Of a stretch of 64,000 bases of DNA, positions 11,601 to 24,900 are shown piece by piece. The notes beneath the pieces were generated by a model. It was not told the origin of the DNA. It did not search any database and saw only the letters and a list, made by a program, of their open reading frames with translations. Origin of the DNA: Lingula anatina (Eukaryota > Animalia > Brachiopoda); assembly GCA_051362555.1 (NCBI GenBank), contig CM120640.1, forward strand, positions 55,592,788 to 55,656,787. Direction: 5' to 3'. Position 1 is the stretch's first letter. Each line of letters starts with the position of its first letter. A program made the translations under genes and the position numbers.

Positions 11601-14600
11601 GTAATTACGGGCAGCGCGAGCCAGTTACTGTGAAATTTTCATTTTTCACATATTGGCATTTTCACTGTGACATAGAACTCCCACAGGCATTAAATCGAAT
11701 GATAATCAAATTTTCTAAATGTCCATGTTATTTATAGTGGATAATTAAAAATTGGTAGTAATAATGTGGTTAATCATTGTGGTTAATCAAAATTGACAAA
11801 AAAACCTACTTTATGCACTGTCACCACAAATGTTATGAAAAGAAAACTGTATTATTTTTTAACTTACAAGAATTATTCTAAGGATCGACATACGGCTCAT
11901 ATTAGAAAACCAGTGCTATTGGATTATCATTGGATTATAAATTTATGCCATTTTTTGTGATATTTTCATTTTTCTCGTTCTGACATTTTCAAAATGTGAA
12001 CTTGAACTCTCCTTATGCTTGTTACTCATTTTACTGACATCGGTATTACTTGTCTTGCATAATTAAAATTTTGTGCAGTTAAGCATAATTTATTATTGCA
12101 TCAGAATTGACAGTAGCCTATTTTGTGCATTATTATTTTCTGCTTTTTGTCTGTACATTTGACAGCTTTGCTGCCTTGTTTTTGAGTGTCATTAAGATCA
12201 GTGTTTATATTTTTATTTTAATACAGAAATCAAAGACGTTCCTTCAACCAGGGTTGACAACAACAGTGCAATTGGAGAGTACATCAGAGACTGATGTTCA
12301 AACTTCCCAACTTATTGGTAGGTAACCAGAGACAATTTGTTCAATGTGGCTTGTTATTTATGGGCGGCCAAAAGGGCAAAAATTCATGTTGTCGATTCAG
12401 TTATGTTTCATCGATTCACTGCCTTCCCATCGATTCAGTTTCAAGTTTAAACGATCCTGTCATAAATTCAACATCTACTTTCGTCAATTCTATTGTCAAA
12501 CATTTATCATCTACGGTGTATTAAAACCAATGCTCTCATGATTTTCGTCGATCGTCTAACTATTCTCGTCAATCGTGTAATCTCGTCGATCGTCCAACTA
12601 ATCTCGTCAATCGTGTAACTATTCTCGTCGATCGTCTAACTATTCTCGTTGATCGTCTCATCGATCGATCGCCAGAGGGCACTGCGGTAGCAACACGTGC
12701 TTCTGTCTGTCAATCACGCGGTAATTTTTAACTCGGCCAGCCATGGTCAGAGTTGAAAACAACTAGAAAATAATGTCCCTACAACCGAATAGATTTTAAT
12801 TATTAACAATTAAAATTGAAATTGTTGAGAAAATTTTCTTATTTCACTAGCAATCATTTTGTTGTCTGCCATTTTGATAGTCATGTGATAGGCCAATGTG
12901 CTACCGCAGCGCCCTCTGGCGATCGATCGATGAATGATGAGGTGACGTTACAGGATCGACGAGAATAGTTTGACGATCGACGAGAATAGTTACACGATCG
13001 ACGAAAATAGTGACAGCATCAGTTTTAATACACCGTTGACGAGAAATGTTTGACAATTGAATTGAGGATAATAGATGCTGAATTTATGACAGGGTCTTTT
13101 AAACTTGAAACTGAATCGATGGGAAGGCAGTGAATCGACGAAACATAACTGAATTGACGACATGAATTTTTGCCCTTTTGGCTGCCCATAGTTATTCTAT
13201 GAGATAATAATTGATAAGATTTTCTGATTTGTTTTATAAGTCCACTGAGAATTTTGCTCTGTCACATAAATTTTTGTAGCTTAGGAAATTGGGTAATTTA
13301 TGAATGGGTACTTGTGTGTATATAATTTCCATAGCTTGTGCATGATTTGTCCGTAAACATTTGCCATGTCTTAAAAGGGGTAGATATAATGCTTATGTTC
13401 TAGATATTACCAGTTTAATGTAAAAAACTGATATTCACATATTGTTAGGAAAGTTGATTAACTTAGAAAGATTAGAAGTAGTACTTATTAATTCATTGTG
13501 CAATTTTTTTTGTCAAATTGATAGTTTATTTTTAGCACATGTACTTTTTTTTTTTTCAAAGTCCTGTTGTCAACATAAGATTTCTTTTGACATATATAGG
13601 CAGACAAAAAATGTATGGAGATATATATATACAAATATAATTCAAGTATTTATGGTTATTCATAAAATAATTGGTATTTACTGGTAAATGCTTGTTAAGA
13701 GACATTAAAACATATTCAGAACTGCGGATATCTATATTAAACATGATCTGTTTCAGATGCTCTTGATTTAGAGTCCAGCTTTCAAAAGAGAATAAGTAGT
13801 CTATGCAATTTTTGTTCTGGAAGAGGGTCATCTCAGTCACAATGCTTGGTGAAGTCTTGTCAACAATTATCTATACAAGGGAGACGACCATTTTTCACTG
13901 GAACACAGAACAAGAGGAAACCTCCATTGCTACAGGATTTTGGTTGCCAGGTAAATACTGCAGAGGACAATGCTGCATTACCAAGTCATTACAGAGAAAG
14001 TTGCTATGAATTGCTTCCAGAAGAGGGTACTTTTTTTTCAGTGAAAGTTAAACCTGATGACCATTCATATGAATTCAGACAATGCAAGAAAAGTGTTTTA
14101 AGGAGAGAAAATTTTAAAGACTGCAAGCAGGAGTCATATGAGAGTGTTGAAGCCAATGATCTAAGTTCAAGCACTGAATCAAGCCCTGACACCAAAGCAC
14201 ATAATGGATCACCTCTTATCCTGCAGGGCTCTGAAGGAAATACAGGTGAAGATGTGAAAGAAATTTTGGATTTGAGGAGTAAAATTAACTCTGCTGCAGG
14301 CTTTAAATCAGAGAATTACAAAGGCCTTGTGGACATCATGGCCCACTGTAGTTCCCGAATTTGTGGTCAATTGTTTCCAGATGACAGGTCCAGGTGAGTG
14401 AACTTTATTTTGCTCCAAGCTTGTTATTTTTCTTGAATTATGGTAGTATTGCATTGAATCTTTTTTTTTTTTTTGTACATTTTATGTAAAATTGCTATAT
14501 TGATAAAAAATTTAAAAAGGATGAATATAGACTTTTACACTCTACGTGTTTTTTCAGTTACACAAATACCGAATCAGATTTCTTTTCTATTTTCTTTATA

Positions 14601-17600
14601 GTCATTTTTAGATTAAAAAAATCCTGATTCTTATTTGGATAAATAAAACTTAAAAGTGTTTTTTTCCTCGCTGATGTAGTGATTAAAATTAAATGAACAG
14701 AGTTTTACTTCCGATACATGTAATTTTGGGATGAATATGGCACTGATTGAAATCAGTTGTGTAAATAACAGTTCATGAATGGTTTTATCATGAATGAATA
14801 CAGTGTATCTATTTTTGAGTTACTGCATAGTGTATCACCTGTACTTCAGGATTGCTGTCTGACATTGGACATCATCAGACAGTTGTAGAGGGCGTTAAAC
14901 AATTTATTTCATGTTTGTTTAATTTGGTATAATTTGGTATAATTTAGTGAGCTCCTATAAAATGTGCATGCTAAAGTTTACCTGGAGAAATTGTGTTATT
15001 TTTTCAAGCAGGCTTACATTTGAAATATTACTATCAGATTTGTGCATTTTTCAGCCGCCCTCTACTGCATTCCTCATCAAGACTCAGTGCACTGATGGAA
15101 GAGGAACTGTCAGACACAGAAGCAGATTCAACACCTGTCAAGATGGAGCCTTCTGGGAGTTCTTTACCAGGGTAAGTGTGAATGTTCTTGATTATCGTCC
15201 CATATGGTTTAGAATATTGTATATCTGTTATTTAAACTAAGGAGAACAGATCCCTTTAAAGATTGGAGTGGCTATGCAAGTTGGATGCTATAAAAGAAAG
15301 TGCTACAATCAGACAGCAGCCAATATTGATGTAGAAAATCCACTGTTTGCAAGGAGTTTGAAATGACATGTATAGCTATTCAAGCTTAACCTGTGTATAA
15401 TTTTGTCTGGTTGATGCCGATTTCAGTTATCTTATGTTTTGGTGATTTTTAATGTTATGACAAACATCATGACAAGCAAGCAACATAAGTTTGAATTTGT
15501 TTAGAAATTTAGTCTTAGTGTTTATATTGATTATACTCCTAGTTGTCAAAAACTTAAAGTATAATACCTGTGCAACAGGCACACAGTCATTTTTGCTGTA
15601 TTTCTTTGCACATGTATGGTTATAAGAAAACTAAGTGATGCCAGTTTGCTATGGAACCTTATTTGTTGCTGACTTTGCTATATGACAAAACCTGTAGGTA
15701 ATTCTCATGATACTGCTGCCCTACTGACTTAGGCTGTTCATGTTACAAATGATTTATAAGATTACATATTAAAGACAGTTGATTCTTTTTGATATTTCAG
15801 AAGTAAACAGGCCCCCGTTTCACAAAGAATCTTAAATCCGTAGTTGACTAGCTCGAGCTTAGTGACCTAGCTAGGTCGACTACGCTACAGTCGACTAGGA
15901 GTGTTTCACAAAGAATCTGATGTCTTAGCTTGGCGTGCTTACCGTAGTCAACGTGCACGAGAAACTCTTCAAGAAAAGGAGGTGTAAAATTTCTAAAGTT
16001 TCACAAGACATGACATTTCATGACCTCTTTCGGCCGAGAATGATCGTTTATCAACAATAAAGATCAGTCAAAACATAAGCGAAGTTTGTTTTTGAACTTT
16101 ATTGATTAGTTTAATTTTAATGCAACTTCAAAGCAATAGTAAAACATTAGTTTGTCTTGGAACATTGCTGTCGCACATCTAGCGGTCAAAAACATAAACA
16201 AACCCGCGATCGGCTGGGTGAAGGTGTATTTTATTTTTTATTTAAATATTCAATAAATGTCAGTGCTATTCAAGGACATTATAACACTATATCTTGAAGG
16301 AGGTATGTTCTTTCCAATTTTTTGTTGTTTATGCTGTAATTTACCGACTTTTAGTTGAGTTTGCTGACTTAAGTCTCCTTCCGAGGACATCATCGACTAA
16401 CAGCTAAGAAAAAAGCAGTGTAAGCGACCTTTTAGATTCTTTGTGAAACGGGACTTATAGTGACGTAACGACTTAATTACCTTGGTAACCCAAGCTCTTA
16501 GTCAGGGAAACCGACTTAAGTTTTTTTGTGAAATGGGGGCCAGGTCTTTTACTTGCCAATTTTCTGTAACAGTTTATCTGTTATAACCTAGTCAGTTTTG
16601 TTTTATGCTAAACATGCGTTCCATTCAACTTTACTATCGTGATACAATATCCAATGGGGACAAATGGTGTTCTTTTTAAAAGATAATTTTGAAATCAATA
16701 TGAAGTGGATTTATGATTTGCTTAAATGAACAAAAATGTACTTGAAATTAGATTGTATCATGCTCTTTGTAGAAATATTAATCACTTCCATTCCCAAAAA
16801 CCATATTCAAAAATCAGAGGAAACATTATTGTTGAACATATCTATAGATGTTTACTCATAAAAGGTTGTAGATGTTTAACACAACTGGGATATTTTCATG
16901 AACTTTTTTCCACCACCCAACCTAAAGTATTGGTTTACATAACAGAGGTCCTTGTCAACAGAAGGCTTATTTGTAAATATTTTCTTTTAATTATTTTGAA
17001 GACCTTCAAGATTGGGCAGCAGTGATGGAGATTTGTCCTCAGCAAGAAGGAAAAGATTGGCAATGAAGGACAGAGAAAAAAGAGAGACTTTAGGGTCATC
17101 AATGGTGAGCTTTTAAGCTTATGCTTGCATGATTGTGCAGACGTGCACATTCATTTAAATACGTTTTGGTGGAAATTATTCAACTTTGTCGTAACCTACA
17201 TTTTCCTTGTGAAAGGTGTGGCTTATGGCTGATAAAAGAAAAAATGCTCATTTCAAATATTCACAAAACTGTTTTGTAGCTGAGGTTTGAGAAAAGATTT
17301 GACAAACAGGTATGGCTATCAGTTTTAGATTATCCTTTGGCTAATCTTTGAAGATGACCTATCCTAAAACCAAACCATCAAAGATGTTAACAGTATTTGC
17401 ATAATTTGTCTTGAAACTGTGATGGTCAGTCTAGATAAGGAAATTTGATAAACAACAAGATAAAGTAGTTTATTGCATAACACAGTACCTCTTGACAGTA
17501 GAAAAAAGTAAAATGTGCTCTTGAGCGCTACTTGACAGTTATGAGCTAATTCCAAAAGCTTAAAGGGGCATCCATGTATAGCTAGCATTTGTGACTGCTT

Positions 17601-18900
17601 TTCATTTTGCCAGTCATGAAGTGCCAGCTTGCATTACATAGTTCTTGAGATGTAGCAGCCAAGCTGAAAAGAAACTGGTCAAGATCAAGAGCATCTAAGT
17701 GATAAATATTTTGGCAGATACTCTAGAATTATCATTTGAAAATACCTTTTTTTGGGGGGCAAAAGAAGTCGTATCGTAATGATCCAAGATATACACATTT
17801 GCCTATTAGTGGCATGTAAAGAGAAGTTAGTAAATCTTTAAACTGATTAATGGCATTCTTGATTTCAGAGCATAGAAGCAAAATGTACTTACCTGCCTAT
17901 TGGTGAAGAAAATGAAAAATGTAAATGTAATAATCAGATAATGTTGAATTCCTTCAGGAGGACAAAACTTTTAAATTAGTTAATGGAAAAGTTGAAGAGA
18001 TGGAACTTACAGAGGCAGACAGAAAAGTAAATGCACAACTCCTTGAGGAAGCAGCCAAAGCCTCTCAGGCTTCAAGTTTAAGGAGGAGAAGAAGCTCTGA
18101 CCCAGACCGTAAATGTAAGTAAAAGAGATTTGAATGTTATTTTGTCTCCTTTTCCTTCTTCTGTTTTCAAACACAGGACGTTACTGTAAATCTTTTACTA
18201 ATTTTTTTTTTCTCAGAATTTTAACCCAGATTTGACTATAAACGTTCAGTCCCTGTACCCAGCAATTCAACTTTTTTCTCTTTTTTGGGGGGTGGGGGGA
18301 GTTCTCAACTTATAACCTTAATGTCTGCATTAGAAAGCTCTCATGTCTTTGGCAATTTACAGACTTTTAGAATTACTTGTCATAATATTTCCACCTACCA
18401 ATGGGCGGTATTTTAATTACTGCATATCTTTGAGGATAATATCTATTTTAAGATATTGTTACACAGTCAGTCTGAAAATAAAAATCCCATATCCTGGTCA
18501 TGTTTACAAAGAGCATTACTTTTTTTGTACCATGAAAGCTTTGAAGGGACTTACATTTAAAGCAGTGCAGGATGGAAGTTTAATATTACCAATACTGTAT
18601 CCTCATGCAATGCTGTCCTGGATTGATTGCCCAGATTTTGAAAAGAATAAATAAGCCTTTATATTTTCAACAATGTGTTGTTTGTTCAAACATGAACAAA
18701 CTGTTTTGCTCAAAATTTATAATTGGACTTCAGTGACAGTAATGTTATATGTTTATTTAAGATTCGATATCTAAAATACCTAAATGTGGTGATTATATAC
18801 ATCCAGATATTTGGGTGTTGTATATATCCCCCCAAACTCCTCATATTGAGCTGCATGCCTTCCTGCATTTAAAGATTTTTAGTCCAACTTTAAGTTTCAA

Positions 18901-18946
<46 letters not shown>

Positions 18947-21900
18947 GCACACAAGCTTTGGATTTATTATTTGCGAATTAATTGCTGTTTACAAAGATTT
19001 TATGATTAGTATTTTATGTGTTAGGTGCAAAAATAATTAATTTTTCATCCTATGTAATTTGAACTGATGAAAGGATGCTGCAAATTGAGCAGTAATTAGA
19101 CAGCTGTTCATCCACCTTACAAGTCAATTTTATAAATTGAAGGGACGCCCATCCGGCGGTATAGTCATATATTACAGAAAACAATTTAGTGGTGCTCTTC
19201 ATGTAATGTCTAGCAAAAGTGAGAATACCTTATGGATAAGGCTACCAGGACAGTGTTTCGGTCTCCAAAAAGACTTATTCGTGTGTGCAGTATATATTAA
19301 GCCAAAGAATGGGAGATTTGATGAAGCTACCTTTGACATCCTTGAAGAGGAAATAGCTCAGTATCAATCAGATGGCATGATATGCCTCATGGGTGATTTT
19401 AACGCTAGAACTGGTACACTCCCAGATTATATCAAAAATGATAACACACACGGTATCCCAGTGCCTGGTAGCCACCCCACAGATATGCTCACTCCTGCTC
19501 GGAACAACTTAGACAGTATCATAAACTCTCAGGGAAGAACCCTTGTAGAATTATGCATTAGCAGCAATTTGAGAATACTGAATGGAAGAGTGTTAGGAAA
19601 TTCATTAGGGTACTACACATGTTACAATCAAAATGGCTGTAGTGCAGTGGATTATGCAGTTTTGAGTGATAAGTTAGTTGATAGTGTAAAGTATTTCACT
19701 GTTCACCCAATTGACTATATCTCAGATCACTGTCTTCTAGATCTCACAATTGCAAGTAAGGGTTTCAAGGAGTCACCAAAAATTATTCCGCTTCAAAAAT
19801 TCAAAGATCAGTACATCTGGGGCAATGACTCTGCAGATAAATTTCTTTGTGAACTGGAAAGTGAAAAAAACATAGAAGCCATATGTGAATTTCAAACTAC
19901 CACCTTCCCAACTACTAAAGAGGGAGTAAATAAGGCATGTCAGTCTTTTAATAAAATCCTAGATAGCGCGGCTAGTGCATCACTGCGTACAAAAAGAATG
20001 TCAAAGAAAAATAGTAATCCAAGAAAAGGGAATAAAAAACAGCCCTGGTTTGACAATCAATGCATCGAAGTAAAACGGAATGTTAAACACCTTGGGAGAC
20101 TACTCCACAAAAACCCGAATAATCACTTTATCTCTCACACTTATCATCAAGCTTGCAAAAAGTACAAACAACTTCTGAAAAAGAAAAAACAAGAACATAA
20201 AGACAACCTCCTTGAAAAGCTTTTGAACATTGAAGAAAAGAACCCCAAAGAATTTTGGCAAATTATCAAAAAACTTAAAAAAGAAGAGGATCAGAACAAC
20301 CTTATTGCCCCTGATGTATGGCACAATTACTTCCAACAACTGTGTGGTATCCCGCCTCCAGGTGACAATGATATTGATGATGAATTGAAAAAATATGAAG
20401 ATTGCCCTGGGAATCCCAAACTAGATGACCCTATAACCATTCTGGAGGTCCAAAAAGCACTCAGAAAGCTAAAAAATGGCAAAGCACCTGGGGCAGATAG
20501 CATACGAAATGAAATGCTTAAGACTGGGCGACCATACCTAACTGGTGCGATGACTAAAATTTTTAACCTGGTCTTAAACTCTGGTGAGATCCCTGATGCT
20601 TGGAATTTAGGCATAGTCATACCACTCTATAAGTCTGGTGAGTGTCTGGATCCCTCAAATTACAGGGGTCTTTGCATTACAAGCTGTTTGGGTAAGTTAT
20701 TTAATTCTATTCTGGCAAATAGGCTAACTGACTTGATTGAAAAGGAAGGCAAACTCAGCGAAGAACAGGGTGGGTTCAGACCAAGTTACAGAACAACTGA
20801 TCACATTTTCACACTTAAATCAATTATTAACAGATATACAAATCAAAATAGGAAGGTCTATGCATGTTTTATTGATTTTAAAAAGGCATTTGATTCGGTA
20901 TGGCACAAAGGTCTATTACTCAAATTACAGAAACTTGGAATAGGAGGAAAATTTTACAATCTGATTAAACATATGTACAAAAATACTAAATTAGGAATCT
21001 CCACAGGCAACAGCTATACCAAACCTTTTTTTGCTAAGATTGGAATCCGCCAAGGGGATAATCTAAGCCCAACACTCTTTAATATATTTATAGACGACAT
21101 AAAAGAATCCTTCCACACATGCAAAGCCACAGACAAGGTAGATGGCATCAATCACATACTCTATGCCGATGATCTGGTCCTACTGTCAAGAACAAAGGAT
21201 GGACTGCAAAATCTACTGAACAAATTAGAACAGTACTGTCAAAAGTGGAAGTTACACATTAATACAAAGAAAACAAAAATAATGGTGTTTAGGAAGAAGG
21301 GCAAACTTGACCATCAAACAAAATTTTACATAAATGATGAACCCATAGAAGAAGTAAAACAATACCCATATTTGGGAATAGTTTTCTCCAATACTGGCTC
21401 ATTAAAGGAAGCAATTGAAAATTTAAAGAAAAAGGCCCTAAAAGCCCTGTTTTCCCTTAAAGGAGCACTTGCCTCTCAAAACATCTCCAAACCTCTTTTG
21501 TGCATGAACTTATTTGACAAACTCATCAAACCAATTTTGCTTTATGGTAGTGAGGTCTGGTCACAGGAGATACTAAAACAGAAAAACATGTCTCTGAAAA
21601 AGATTAATAAAATGCCATTCGAACAGGTACACTTGAAATTTTGCAAATGGATTTTAGGTCTAAGAAAGCAGGCTAGCAATACCATGTCTAGAGCCGAACT
21701 CGGCAGGTACCCTATTTTTCCAACTATAGCTAAACTTGTCCAAAGATATAGTCTTAGACTGGAACAACTACCAGATAATAGAATTGTAAAACAGGTGTAC
21801 AATCTTGAGCAAGACACAAAGGGAAACACATGGACAGAATCCATCCAATCTTTTCACAATTGTTGGGGTTTCTCAGAAGATAACAACCCACCAAAGAAAT

Positions 21901-24900
21901 TACATCAAATAGAAAACCTAGTAGAAAAATTGAACATAAAAATCGAAAAACTCTTTTGGCAGGAATTAAATAGTTCGACCTCAAACAAATTAAGGACATA
22001 CAAAACAATTAAAAAATCTTATGAATGTGAAAATTACATCAAAATGAGTGTCTCACCCTTAGATATCAAAACACTAGCAAAAATTAGACTAAGTGACCAC
22101 GACCTAGCAATAGAAAGGGGCCGATACACAAACCCTAAAACTCCACTTGATGAGAGAAAATGTAAAGCTTGCAACTGTGTAGAGGATGAAAAACATTTCC
22201 TCACAGAATGCACAAGATACACTGTTGAGAGGCAACGAATGCATGATGAACTACTGAAAATCAGTGTAGTGGGTCTAGATGACAGTGATCAGATATTGTC
22301 AATTCTCCTTAATCCACCCTGTCATAAAAGTCTCAAAGTAATAGCAGAATTTGTAAAGACTGCTGTTAAAATACATAGTTCACCTGAAATCTAGTATATC
22401 ACAGCCACTTATTGTCAATAATGCTGTGAATAGCTTAATTAATTAATATTATAGCATAATTTGCATTAACACATGTATGATTTAACATACTACATATGTA
22501 AACATATATAATTGTATACCCATATATATATTATGTAAATATTGTAGTCTAGAGAGCCTGCAAATGTATTCACATCATTTAGTGCTCAATAAACTTATTA
22601 TTATTATAAATTGGTTATACCTTAGAAAGAAACCTGTACCCGTGCAGCTGTTGAGAGCAAATCCAATATTGTGTGTTAAACATTTTTAATCTTCTACCAT
22701 GTTCCCTGGCATAGATCCTACTGTATGATCAGGTATGCTACCCAGAACAGTAAAATAAACTTTTAACTTGTTTGTATGTTGCAGCTTTACATCCTGCACG
22801 AGTTCCACAGGTCATTCATAGCTCTTCCAGCAGCACACAGAGGGCAGATAAACCAGTAGGACGAGATAGGTCACCAGAGCAGGTAAACTGGTTCTTTCCT
22901 ATGGTCTTGTTTCTTATGCATTTTTCTAAACAAACACTTTTTCTTCCTTGCTACCTCTGAAGACAGCTGCCACTTGTCTTTGAAGATTTATTTTAAATGT
23001 AAGAGTTCCTTTTTATAGCTTGCAACTTAACCTATAGTAAGGCTGGTACGATGCAGAATTTATTTACTGGCACAAGAACACCATACTTGCTAACATGCTT
23101 TGATCTTGGGTGTTAGCCAATATTTTACCAAACAAGATAAGAATTTAGATTCAGAGATGCTAATTTGTGTAAGAAATAATGAAGTATGAAGGGGTGCTGA
23201 GCTCAAACAGGGCAAATGCTTCAGTAGCCTCACCTGCCAATGGAAAGAATTAAATGGGGAAAAAACTGCAGACAGTCTCTTAGTGTTAAATGGTATTGTA
23301 ACCCTTTATTTTTATCCAGATACCGAAAATGATGCATTTACATTTATCTTTGTGGCAATTTAAAACAATTAAAAATACCCTCAAAAATATAAAATATCTG
23401 TTTATATTTCTCCTTGCAATTTATAATCATAGGAAACTCAAAGCTTTAATTGTCAATTCAACACCTTTCTATTTTGAGGTAAGATAGCAATCAGGATGGG
23501 GCGTAATTTCATCCCTGAACATGATTTTATCATGAAAATTGATAAAGTTGACCAGGAGCGTATAGGCATCATCTCATGCCATCATTTTGGTTGAAATGTT
23601 TTTGTTATGGAGTTACGAGCCCCCGATTACAGATTTTCATTGATCAAAGGCATTTTGCTTTATAAATGATAAAATCAGAACTAAGACTTAGAAAAATCTC
23701 TGGCAGGGTTTTGGAGTACTAAATGATGTCATTAAATGGGCATTGAAACAGAGATCATGAGTGCTCAGGTAACAGATAAATTTGAGAAACAGATTTTTCA
23801 GTTTTCATCCCAAAATCGCAATTATGATGTCACCCGTAAGATGACATGTGTAAATGTTAATTTATTTAGTTACTGAACACTGAAGATTTATCTATTACCA
23901 AGAAAAAAATGTGTGTAAGGCAGAAAATAAGGAGTTTTGGGCGAAGGGTTACAATATCTTAATGTTTTTAAATATTACGGGTTGTGTTATTTAGTCAAGC
24001 AGCTAACACTCGGTGTGAAACTTGTCTGATGTAATGAAGCCTGACAAAGAGCTGGGTTATATAGGTAATATAATATTTGTCATGCAGTTAATTTAACTGT
24101 TTCAAATATACTTTGTGAATTGTTTGTGTTCATCATGAATCTTTTTGGTGTGTTTGAAAATGCAAGTAGTATTTTGCCATTTACAATAGTTTACATTTTC
24201 AAGATAAGTTCCTAAACCAGTTATGCTCATTTGCTTATGTTGATTTATAATTCTTGCAAAAGGGCACAAAATTTTATTTAGTTTAGAAATTATAAAGGAA
24301 TCTTGTCACGTAAAAATAATAAACAGTACGGCATTATTGTACTACCAGTGTAGGCGCTGGTGGTACCCATGGTTTTGGTCCCAACCCGCATGTTCCACCG
24401 GCTCTTCCAGCTCCTGTGGCTCTGCCGCCAAGTTATCGTTACTGCTTCTCCTCCTAGACTACAAGAACCTGCATTCCCATCTCTTTGATTTGGGTCACAT
24501 ATAATCTCAACTCGATCCACATAAATTTCGGGCTTTGTCGGTTCTGCAGTCCAGGTGTGGCACTGAAATGCACCCTTGTCCAAAATTTGCAAAATTAAAT
24601 GCTAAATATCTCCCAAACTGAAGGAATATAGGAAAATTTCTACAGATGGCTAACCGAAAGTCATATGTGGAGATTTCAAATATGCCCTTGGAATTGACGT
24701 TTGACTTTTATTTCAAGGTCAAAAGGGCCAAAATTTACTAAAAATGGGATTTTTTTTTGCAAAAAAAAAAAAAAAAAAAATATTTCTGTCGATTTTCAGA
24801 AACTACACAGACTTAACCTATAATATTATGGGCAGGTGTTAACCTTAGGGTCATCTTTCATATTCTTGAGTTTGGGATTGATCAGTGCATTTTCACGGGA

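Noticed and set aside
19137-19139. Treating the 1085-aa ORF as a complete autonomous or domesticated gene
   Set aside because: The start TTG is part of the TSD, and the APE N-terminus, ORF1 and 5' UTR are absent
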